A DNA stretch of 64,000 nucleotides from Proteobacteria bacterium SG_bin7 (GCA_002083485.1 LWDK01000040.1:3723-67722); one strand, 5' to 3'; shown: positions 18,303-25,591, counted from the first letter of the stretch. Notes: generated from the letters alone by a model not told the origin. Numbers and translations: made by a program.

Positions 18303-18667
18303 CACAAATTTAAAGGATCCGAGTTTTCTAATAGCGCTTTTATTTCGACGGCAATTTTCCCTGCTCCCACTTTAACATCCTCCATCTTCTCCTCTGCGGA
18401 ATCCAAAGCCCCTATCGCAGCCAATTTTTCCATTTCGCCTACAATTTGGTTCATAAAGCTGGCATGAAAATTACAAACTAGGTTTTTAAAAGCATGAATA
18501 GACGCTTTGACTGTATCGGCCTCCCCCGACAAAAAACTTTCTTCGATGTCTTTTAAAGACTTTTCAAAGGAATCTAGAAAACGATTCGCAAAACGTCTGA
18601 AAATAATCTCGTCGCCAACAAATTGTTTTACCATCGCAGGATAATCAATGAGTTTTGTCTGCGGCAT
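18302..18667 (-). CDS. Hpt-like domain protein
   Basis: 121 aa, all-helical. ..DTVKASIHAFKNLVCNFHA.. sits at the position expected for the Hpt phospho-His helix. More divergent than the other Hpt proteins here. Confidence 0.55.
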   Translation of the reverse strand: MPQTKLIDYPAMVKQFVGDEIIFRRFANRFLDSFEKSLKDIEESFLSGEADTVKASIHAFKNLVCNFHASFMNQIVGEMEKLAAIGALDSAEEKMEDVKVGAGKIAVEIKALLENSDPLNL

Positions 18668-18717
18668 TGAATAATTTTATTAGCAACAGCACTCAAATGC
18701 AGTAATATTTTAGTCGT

Positions 18718-19113
18718 ATGCTGTGGCAAGAACTACTACAAATAGCACTTGGCGAAGGGTCTTGGGAATTTTCACGTTCTTCTGGTCCAGGTGGACAGAA
18801 TGTCAACAAGGTTGAAAGTCGGGCCGTATTCCGCTGGAACATGAAAGGCTCCAGGTATTTTTCTTCAAAGTTAGTCAAGTACCTCACAAAGTCCGGTGAC
18901 ATTATCGTGGGGAGCGATCGTTTTCGGGACCGCGAACAGAATCGCCGCGATGTTATTGAAAAATTGAAAGTGCTATTTGAGGAAACATTTTATGAAGCTC
19001 CTCCGCGCAAGAAAACTAAAATTCCAAAAAGCGCCAAACGAAAAAGGCTAGAAAGTAAAACAATACGAAAAGAAATTAAGAAGGGAAGAAGAAAAGTTTC
19101 ATATGATGACTAA
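18718..19113 (+). CDS. arfB: Alternative ribosome-rescue factor ArfB (RF-1 domain peptidyl-tRNA hydrolase)
   Basis: 131 aa. GGQ motif SSGPGGQNVNKVESRAV plus a Lys/Arg-rich C-terminal tail (PKSAKRKRLESKTIRKEIKKGRRK). Confidence 0.8.
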   Translation: MLWQELLQIALGEGSWEFSRSSGPGGQNVNKVESRAVFRWNMKGSRYFSSKLVKYLTKSGDIIVGSDRFRDREQNRRDVIEKLKVLFEETFYEAPPRKKTKIPKSAKRKRLESKTIRKEIKKGRRKVSYDD

Positions 19114-19143
19114 ATACTTCCGCGGCGGAGGTAAATTTTTTTA

Positions 19144-19172
19144 GTGGGGCATCTATATAGCCCCATTTTGTG
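19144..19172 (+). terminator. Rho-independent terminator after arfB
   Basis: GGGGC (19146-19150) pairs with GCCCC (19160-19164) around a 9-nt loop, followed by attttgtg. Confidence 0.5.
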
Positions 19173-20076
19173 ATATATTTTCTCAGTTACTCCTAAAAAC
19201 CAAACTAAAGTTTCTTACGGCCTGGCACGCGTCCTGCTATGTACACCTCAAGTGTTCGATAGCAGCGATGCTAGTCAGAACTCCGGCGGAGGTAGATTCC
19301 GCAGACAGAATTATCCGGTTGCTGTTTAAGCCTGGATCAACCTCGGATGGGGTAACGCATACGAGGGAAGCTGATCGACAAAATTTTTAGGAATTCGTAC
19401 TAAAAATTTGGCGGACTGGTAGGTTGTAGCGAAAGCGAACTTGTTAGCTCAAATAGTCAATGATCGTTGATACGAACGACGGGAGACTAGAGTTTAGCCG
19501 AGCTTGTTAGAACACAAGGCGAAGGCAATTTTTGTTGGCCAAGAACTGGAACATTTGCAGCCAACGATAAACTCAGTGAGCACAAAGACAACATGCCAGT
19601 AGGGAGAGATGATGAAAGCACGGAACCACTTAATGGTCGGTAGCGGACTTCGACGCTAGCAAAAGTGGTTGAATAAGTTAATGCTGTAAAATTGAGTTTT
19701 TGCGGTGTTAACGAAATCAATCACCAAGCCACTATGTGGGGCAGATAAGGTCGCAAAGCTCCTAAAAAGAGCGAGGACCTTTAGAGTAGAACTTTTTGGC
19801 CATGTGCTTAAAAAGTTTTTGTGGCGTGGCTTAAGCCAAAAGTTTAAGCCTAGGGCTTTGGAAATAACTTTAGTTTCAATTGGGTATGCTTCGAAGTTTA
19901 AAGCTTGACCAGAAGGAAGTTAAAGGAAATCCAAGACCTGAGAGCTAGCTCTCGAGCTGATTTGGGGAAATCCCAATGGTCAGTTCCTTACAAAGGGTGG
20001 CGGAGCCGCTAGATGAATATGTCGCCCATGTTACTTCTAGCGTGCCACCGCCCTGTGTAGTTGTTATGATTTTTTC
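19173..20076 (+). ncRNA. Candidate large structured noncoding RNA, family not recognised
   Basis: The 963-nt gap between the arfB stop (19111-19113) and the next ATG (20077) has no ORF over 77 aa in any frame. At least 13 local helices can be read by eye, for example 19381-19390/19400-19409 (10 bp), 19665-19672/19717-19724, 19790-19797/19810-19817, 19828-19834/19844-19850 and a nested terminal hairpin at 19996-20049. GAAA and AAA loops and G-U pairs fit only the + strand. Confidence 0.4.
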
Positions 20077-20769
20077 ATGAACTGTAAAAAAATCTTCACG
20101 ATTTATCTCCCTCTCTTAATTATCTCTATTATAATATGGCCAAAACTTCCGACCCAGGACTCCCCTGCCTATTTTAATTTTGCGGGAGAACCTTCGCATA
20201 ATATTCTGTCAAACATTCCTTTTCTTTTAGTTGGACTGTTCGGGATTCTCTCTTTACGTTGGAGAAAAATAACGAAAATTAACTTTTTAACGAGTAGTTA
20301 TATTTTTTCACTTGGAATTATTTTAACAGCATTTGGCTCCACTTATTTTCACGCCTATCCAACTCCCGAAACACTCTTTTGGGACCGCCTGCCGATGGCT
20401 ATAACTTTTTCTGGAATGCTTGGTGTAATTACGACCGACCGCTTGTTTCCGCAATTAAAAACAGGTTTCATCTACCTAATTCTTCTCATCAGCATCCTCA
20501 CAGTTATTAACTGGTCATTCGGAAACCGTGATTTGCGACCTTACCTCATTATTCAGTTTGTAGGTGGATTTTACGTTTTTCTCACCGCCATTTGCACCCC
20601 GAGTAATATCCTAGCAAATAAAAAAGTATTTTTGTCGACCTTCTTTTATGTGCTTGCTAAAGTCTTTGAAGTTTATGATCTGCAGACCCTAGAGACATTG
20701 AAAATTACTAACGGCCACACACTTAAGCATTTTAGCGCCGCCATCTCTGCATTACTCCTTTTGCCCTAA
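20077..20769 (+). CDS. Ceramidase-like (alkaline ceramidase family) integral membrane protein
   Basis: 230 aa with ~7 hydrophobic segments. ..YFHAYPTPETLFWDRLPMAITF.. and a C-terminal ..GHTLKHF.. resemble conserved His/Asp positions of bacterial ceramidase-domain proteins. Confidence 0.4.
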   Translation: MNCKKIFTIYLPLLIISIIIWPKLPTQDSPAYFNFAGEPSHNILSNIPFLLVGLFGILSLRWRKITKINFLTSSYIFSLGIILTAFGSTYFHAYPTPETLFWDRLPMAITFSGMLGVITTDRLFPQLKTGFIYLILLISILTVINWSFGNRDLRPYLIIQFVGGFYVFLTAICTPSNILANKKVFLSTFFYVLAKVFEVYDLQTLETLKITNGHTLKHFSAAISALLLLP

Positions 20770-21085
20770 CTGCACAAACGTCAGAGGGCAAATAACCTCC
20801 AAAAAAAAATCAAATCGATAAAAATTAAAAATAAGAACGGCATGGATGTTGCTTTGTTAAAGATCCGTGAAAGACATTGTCAAAAACATTCTCACCTTGT
20901 TGTTTTTTTTAACGTCGATGAATCTGATAAAAAAAGACTCCATCCAAATCAATCCTATTTATTTGGCAGCTCAAGAAATAATTCTAATAATACAAGGCTG
21001 GCAGAATTTCGACGATGCCTCTTTAGATAAAAACTATATTTTTAAAAATAAAAGTAGAAAACAGCTCGAAGGAGAAATCCTTCTA

Positions 21086-21235
21086 ATGTCGCCGTTTCGT
21101 CCGCAGTTGATCCAACTAATTCGGGTTGACTGTCACGCCTACGACAAATTGATGCGAGTACACACCCCATCGGCGATATTAAACTCGCAGGCTACCCGCC
21201 GCTTCCTGGACTCTCCATCCAGCCGTGGCGTTTAA
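21086..21235 (+). CDS. Possible small protein (49 aa), unknown function
   Basis: The ATG is preceded by GAAGGAG (21068-21074) and followed by a GC-rich hairpin. It is the 3' part of ORF-track ORF 20867..21235, whose GTG start has no Shine-Dalgarno sequence. Confidence 0.25.
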   Translation: MSPFRPQLIQLIRVDCHAYDKLMRVHTPSAILNSQATRRFLDSPSSRGV

Positions 21236-21253
21236 TTTATCTCCTCTTTGGAC

Positions 21254-21272
21254 CGTGGCCCAAAGGGCCGCG
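21254..21272 (+). terminator. GC-rich hairpin, possible terminator
   Basis: CGTGGCCC (21254-21261) and GGGCCGCG (21265-21272) form 8 bp (one G-U) around an AAA loop. The downstream T-tract is weak (ttcctttg). Confidence 0.35.
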
Positions 21273-21350
21273 TTCCTTTGAGGATTATGTGTTTGACAGA
21301 ATCATTCCCAGATTTCTAGCATTTAAGTAACAAATATTATGGAGGATTTT

Positions 21351-22112
21351 ATGAGGCTTTTAGTACTCGTATTTGTATTTTTAGGTTTGTTAGGCTGTAA
21401 CAGCGGTGGCGGCGGAGGTGGCCATAGTTTTGGCCAGGGCAAAGTGGTCACTACTCCCCTTTCTAGTGAGCAGAAAGCAAGTTTTGTGCTTCTTCTTGGT
21501 TCGCATGGACGTGCCCAAAATGCTTACATGAGGCTTGGGTATCCAAAGGACAAGTCGACTGACGAAACCGAAATGAAAATGTATGAACTGCTGTTAGGTG
21601 CAGGCTGTAAATACGAAAAGGTGCCCAAGAAAACTGGCGATACTTATATTGTTGAAGAATCGATTGCGAGCTCTGGATGCCCTGTAAATTATTTTCAACA
21701 TATCGAAGCCACAGAAACGAAAGCGATTGTTTCACAAAAATATTTGGCACTAACAGATGTCTATAAAATGCTGAATGATGTTGTCGGAATAACCCTCGAT
21801 GCCGAATCTAGAATTGCCGGGCGAAACGCAGCTGCAGAAGGAACCGGAAAAATCAGCTCCAAAGCTTACGGTGAACTTCCATACTATATCTTTGGAACTA
21901 TTCAATCGACCGAAGATGGTAAAAATGGAAAGATTCGCACCGGCCTTGGGGTGCAAATGCCTTTTGGTCTCGTCCAGATAGTTGGAACTACAACGACTGT
22001 TGACGGTAAAACCACAGCAGAAATTGAAATCAACGGCGAAAAAATTGATAAGTCGACGTCGCCAGAATTAATTCCATTTCGAAAACTGTTAGCGAGATAT
22101 TTACTTTTTTAA
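21351..22112 (+). CDS. Lipoprotein, unknown function
   Basis: MRLLVLVFVFLGLLGCNSGGGGGG contains a lipobox. Start set to ATG 21351 because GGAGG (21342-21346) lies 4 nt upstream. Confidence 0.6.
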   Translation: MRLLVLVFVFLGLLGCNSGGGGGGHSFGQGKVVTTPLSSEQKASFVLLLGSHGRAQNAYMRLGYPKDKSTDETEMKMYELLLGAGCKYEKVPKKTGDTYIVEESIASSGCPVNYFQHIEATETKAIVSQKYLALTDVYKMLNDVVGITLDAESRIAGRNAAAEGTGKISSKAYGELPYYIFGTIQSTEDGKNGKIRTGLGVQMPFGLVQIVGTTTTVDGKTTAEIEINGEKIDKSTSPELIPFRKLLARYLLF

Positions 22113-22191
22113 AAATAGCTTTGAAAATTCCACCAGGTACGCTTCCTAAAATTAACGCTCTCGGCCAATAGCTCAGTTTTTGCTCTAAATC

Positions 22192-22233
22192 GTCTCCCTG
22201 TGGTAAGAAATTATGCATTCTTTCCAGGGAGAC
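22192..22233 (+). promoter_or_regulatory. Leader hairpin occluding the probable Shine-Dalgarno sequence of deoC
   Basis: GTCTCCCTG (22192-22200) pairs with CAGGGAGAC (22225-22233), 9 bp. An inner helix AAGAA (22205-22209)/TTCTT (22218-22222) is also present. The 3' arm contains GGGAGA and ends 4 nt before ATG 22238. Confidence 0.4.
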
Positions 22234-22237
22234 ACAA

Positions 22238-23158
22238 ATGCAATTTAGCTCGCCTCGCGTGGATGAAGTCGGCGCCAGTGAACGCGCGAACTTCTTCACC
22301 AAAAGAAGTATTAAAAAAGAATCAAAATTAAAATTACTTTATCTGGCACTCGAGATGGTAGATCTCACTACACTTGAGGGGTCTGATACTGTCGGTAAGG
22401 TCAATCAGATGTGTGCGAAAGCAATTCACCCTGCCCCACCAATGCTTTTTAGTGAAATGAGTAAAGCACCGAATTTTCGTGATCTCCCGAGCGTTGCAGC
22501 GGTTTGTGTTTACCCAAGCATGGTTGCAACAGCCTTGAAGGCCTTGAGGGGAACGAAAATTCAGATCGCCTCGGTTGCAACTTCATTCCCAAGTGGACAG
22601 GTTCCATTGAATACAAAACTCTTGGACGTAAAGGTCGCAGTTGACGCCGGCGCTACTGAAATTGATATGGTAATTAATCGCGGAGCTTTTTTATCAGGTA
22701 ACTATCAGCAAGTTTTTGACGAAATCGCCGCAACCAAGGAAGCTTGCGGCAAAGCCCATTTGAAGGTGATTTTGGAAACAGGCGAACTCGGAACTCTTGA
22801 TAAAGTTCGTTTGGCAAGTGATATCGCTATATCCGCTGGCGGAGACTTTATAAAGACAAGTACGGGAAAAGTTCAGCCGGCTGCAACCCTTCCGGTAACT
22901 CTCGTAATGCTGCAGGCTATCGCCGATCATCATAATAAAACGGGTATAAAAATAGGAATGAAACCGGCCGGTGGAATTCGTACCGCAAAACAAGCGCTGC
23001 AATATCTTTCTATGTTACATGAAACACTTGGTAGCGCGTGGATGACCCCAGATCTTTTCAGATTTGGTGCAAGTGTTTTATTAAACGATCTTTTAAAACA
23101 AATTTATAAAGAGTATACCGGTCGCTACTTTTACGACAAAGCGTTCTCGCTCGATTAA
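22238..23158 (+). CDS. deoC: Deoxyribose-phosphate aldolase (long, DERA-like form)
   Basis: 306 aa. Contains VDLTTLEGSDT, AAVCVYP, ATEIDMVINRG, KVILETGEL and FIKTSTGK (Schiff-base Lys). Confidence 0.85.
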   Translation: MQFSSPRVDEVGASERANFFTKRSIKKESKLKLLYLALEMVDLTTLEGSDTVGKVNQMCAKAIHPAPPMLFSEMSKAPNFRDLPSVAAVCVYPSMVATALKALRGTKIQIASVATSFPSGQVPLNTKLLDVKVAVDAGATEIDMVINRGAFLSGNYQQVFDEIAATKEACGKAHLKVILETGELGTLDKVRLASDIAISAGGDFIKTSTGKVQPAATLPVTLVMLQAIADHHNKTGIKIGMKPAGGIRTAKQALQYLSMLHETLGSAWMTPDLFRFGASVLLNDLLKQIYKEYTGRYFYDKAFSLD

Positions 23159-23169
23159 GGAGAAGTTAA

Positions 23170-24672
23170 ATGTTGGATATGCAAACTAATAAATTAAAGG
23201 TAACTCCGAAAGACAATAAGCCTGCTGTCAATAGTTTTGAGTTTGATTATGCGCCAAGCTTAGAATCGACCAAAGTTGTAAAAATAAATTTGAAAAATGA
23301 TTTATTTATTAATGGAAAATGGGTTGCCCCTGAAAGCAAAAAATATTTTACAACTATAAACCCCGCAACAAATGATGTGTTAGCCGAAGTCGCCGAAGGT
23401 AACGAAGCTGATGTCGAAAAAGCCGTTTACAGCGCAAAAGCGGCGCTATCAAATTGGTCAAAACTTTCTGGCAAAGAACGTGGACGCTACCTTTACCGTA
23501 TTGCCAGAATCATTCAAGAAAGAGCCAGAGAGCTTGCAGTCCTTGAAACACTTGATAACGGAAAACCCATTAAAGAAACAAGAGACGTAGATATTCCGCT
23601 TGTTGCCGCCCACTTTTTCTATTACGCCGGTTGGGCCGATAAATTAGATTATGTTTTTCCTGGAAAAAAAACTTCTCCTGTGGGAGTTGTTGGCCAAGTC
23701 ATTCCCTGGAACTTTCCACTTCTCATGGCTGCATGGAAAATTGCTCCGGCGTTGGCATGTGGTAACACCGTCGTACTGAAGCCTGCAGAGACTACACCAC
23801 TCACCGCTTTAAAACTTTGCGAAATTCTCGATGAAGCTGGCCTTCCTCCGGGAGTTGTAAATGTTGTTACAGGGGCAGGAGATACTGGCGCGGCCTTGGT
23901 TTCCCACAAAGATATCAACAAAATCGCGTTTACTGGTTCAACGGAAGTTGGAAAGAAAATTGCTCTTGCCGTTGCAAACACAAATAAAAAGTTAACCTTA
24001 GAGCTCGGTGGAAAATCTGCCCATATTATTTTCGAAGACGCCGCCATCGACCAAGCAGTTGAAGGGATTGTCAACGGCATCTTCTTTAACCAAGGGCATG
24101 TTTGCTGCGCAGGTTCACGTTTACTTGTTGAAGAGAGTATTGCAAAAACGATTGTTGAGAAGTTGAAGGCTCGCATGCGTCAACTTCGTATTGGCAATCC
24201 ACTTGATAAAAACACGGACATTGGCGCCATCAACTCAACTACAGAACTTACAAAAATTCAAAAACTTGTCGAGATAGGAAAGGCAGAAGGAGGAGAGTAT
24301 TTTGAGCCCGAGAACGTGGCTCTTCCAACAAAAGGAAATTTTCATAAGCCCTGTTTTTTTAGCGGTGTGGCGAGTGCCAACACTGTCGCACGTGTCGAAA
24401 TTTTTGGTCCCGTTCTCGCAATCTCAACTTTCCGGACTCCTGCTGAAGCAGTCTCAAAGGCAAATGACACTCCGTATGGACTTGCTGCCGGCGTGTGGAG
24501 CGAAAAAGGTAGTAAAATTCACCAAGTCGCTGGCCAACTAAAAGCCGGAGTCATTTGGGCAAACACGTACAATAAATTTGACCCAACCTCACCGTTTGGT
24601 GGTTATTTCGAAAGTGGTTGGGGCCGCGAAGGAGGCCGACATGGTCTCCTTCCTTACTTGGAGGTTCAATAA
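23170..24672 (+). CDS. NAD(P)-dependent aldehyde dehydrogenase
   Basis: 500 aa. Contains VIPWNFPLLMAAWKIAPALACGNTVVLKPAE, FTGSTEVG, ELGGKSA and FFNQGHVCCAGSR (catalytic Cys). AAGGAG lies upstream of the ATG. Confidence 0.9.
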   Translation: MLDMQTNKLKVTPKDNKPAVNSFEFDYAPSLESTKVVKINLKNDLFINGKWVAPESKKYFTTINPATNDVLAEVAEGNEADVEKAVYSAKAALSNWSKLSGKERGRYLYRIARIIQERARELAVLETLDNGKPIKETRDVDIPLVAAHFFYYAGWADKLDYVFPGKKTSPVGVVGQVIPWNFPLLMAAWKIAPALACGNTVVLKPAETTPLTALKLCEILDEAGLPPGVVNVVTGAGDTGAALVSHKDINKIAFTGSTEVGKKIALAVANTNKKLTLELGGKSAHIIFEDAAIDQAVEGIVNGIFFNQGHVCCAGSRLLVEESIAKTIVEKLKARMRQLRIGNPLDKNTDIGAINSTTELTKIQKLVEIGKAEGGEYFEPENVALPTKGNFHKPCFFSGVASANTVARVEIFGPVLAISTFRTPAEAVSKANDTPYGLAAGVWSEKGSKIHQVAGQLKAGVIWANTYNKFDPTSPFGGYFESGWGREGGRHGLLPYLEVQ

Positions 24673-25532
24673 TGGCTGGCTTATCTTCTGATCTTGCAAT
24701 TCCGAAAACTATAAAACTTTTTATTGGCGGAGAATTTCCACGAACAGAATCTGGCCGAAGTTTTCCCTGCTACTATGCTGGCACGAAAAAAGTTTATGCA
24801 AATCTTTGCTTGGCTTCACGTAAAGATATTCGGACCGCGGTAACAGCCGCGAGAGACGCGCAAAAGTCCTGGGCAGAAAGAAGCGCCTATAACCGCGGTC
24901 AAATACTTTACCGCATGGCTGAGATGGCGGAAGGCAAACGACTTGAGTTCGCCGAAATACTCGAGAAAGTTATTGGTATCAGTAGTACTGATGTTAAAGG
25001 GGAAATTGATGGCGCTATTGATAGTTTCGTTTATTATGCGGGATGGTGTGATAAATACCAACAAGTCATTGGCGCAGTAAACCCCGTAAATGGTCCTCAC
25101 CATAACTTTACTATACCTGAGGCAACTGGAGTAATCGCGTTGATCTGCGACGACAAGTTTGATTTCGCAAAAATAGTCTCTGACATTGCTGCAATTGTCG
25201 CCGGAGGAAACTCAGCTGTGGTGCTGTTGCCAGAGGGCAGCTCACCGATTCTTGCGGCTCTTTCAGAGGTATTAGCAACCTCTGACCTTCCGAAGGGTGT
25301 TATCAATTTACTGAGCGGAAACATTGAAGAACTCGCAAATCCCTTTGGTTCTCACATGGAAATTCAATCGCTTTGTTATCGTGGCACCGACCAAAAGAGA
25401 ATTTCTGAATTCAAGACACTCGCCGTTGAAAATATGAAGCGTTTTGTTGGACCGACAAAAAAAATAATGACCCTTGAAAACCTTCTGGACTTTGTGGAAT
25501 ATAAAACAGTATGGCATCCCATCGGAAACTAG
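24672..25532 (+). CDS. Aldehyde-dehydrogenase-like protein lacking the catalytic domain
   Basis: 286 aa starting at ATG 24672, overlapping the upstream TAA by 1 nt (TAATG). The N-terminal two-thirds is colinear with ALDHs (KLFIGGEF, AARDAQKSWA, YYAGWCDK, ATGVIALI, LPKGVINLLSG). It then jumps to the C-terminal tail (..VEYKTVWHPIG). No ELGGK or catalytic-Cys segment is present. Confidence 0.65.
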   Translation: MAGLSSDLAIPKTIKLFIGGEFPRTESGRSFPCYYAGTKKVYANLCLASRKDIRTAVTAARDAQKSWAERSAYNRGQILYRMAEMAEGKRLEFAEILEKVIGISSTDVKGEIDGAIDSFVYYAGWCDKYQQVIGAVNPVNGPHHNFTIPEATGVIALICDDKFDFAKIVSDIAAIVAGGNSAVVLLPEGSSPILAALSEVLATSDLPKGVINLLSGNIEELANPFGSHMEIQSLCYRGTDQKRISEFKTLAVENMKRFVGPTKKIMTLENLLDFVEYKTVWHPIGN

Positions 25533-25574
25533 GAGATACTCTATGAAATCATTAATCGCATCTAAATACGGTTG

Positions 25575-25591
25575 TGTTGTTGACAACAACA
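25575..25591. repeat. 17-nt perfect palindrome TGTTGTTGACAACAACA
   Basis: TGTTGTTG (25575-25582), A, then CAACAACA (25584-25591), in the intergenic region between the ALDH operon and the next gene. Confidence 0.6.

Noticed and set aside
19557-19643. The reading frame GCAGCCAACGAT... (AANDKLSEH...) looked like the start of a tmRNA tag peptide, and arfB next door is a ribosome-rescue gene.
   Set aside because: The frame does not end in the usual hydrophobic ..LAA-type tail. No tRNA-like acceptor and T-arm (GGUUCGAAUCC...CCACCA) is present at the ends of the interval.
19749-19781. GGTCGCAAAGCTCC resembles the ACGCAAAGCC core of the c-di-GMP-I (GEMM-I) riboswitch, which is known to be abundant in Bdellovibrio.
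   Set aside because: The upstream GGCAAAC hairpin with a GNRA loop, and the long P2 helix with a tetraloop receptor, are not discernible. Only this short string matches.
19487-19908. ORF-track ORFs 19487..19720 (minus strand, 77 aa) and 19705..19908 (plus strand, 67 aa) lie inside the ORF-poor interval.
   Set aside because: Neither has a Shine-Dalgarno sequence, and one uses a GTG start. Neither has a recognisable motif, and their composition is low-complexity Ser/Leu-rich or Lys-rich. They are treated as chance ORFs within the candidate RNA.
20009-20030. The string GCTAGATGAATATGTCGCC resembles the CUAGAUGAAUGACUGUC segment near the 3' end of bacterial RNase P RNA.
   Set aside because: The universally conserved RNase P elements are not present anywhere in 19114-20076. 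These include GAGGAAAGUCCGGGC (the P4 5' strand) and ACAGAACCCGGCUUA. The interval is also more than twice the size of RNase P RNA.
20867-21085. The full 122-aa ORF 20867..21235 as a gene.
   Set aside because: The GTG start has no RBS and the first 70 codons are AT-rich and low-complexity. Only the 3' 49-codon part has start signals, and even that is low confidence.
23649-24176. Many antisense or nested ORFs of 60-175 aa, for example 23649..24176, 49252..49569, 16377..16802, 48329..48622, 8647..9072 and 30301..30639.
   Set aside because: They lie entirely within well-supported genes on the opposite strand or in another frame. They have skewed Ser/Pro/Arg-rich or low-complexity composition and no motifs. 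These are typical shadow ORFs.
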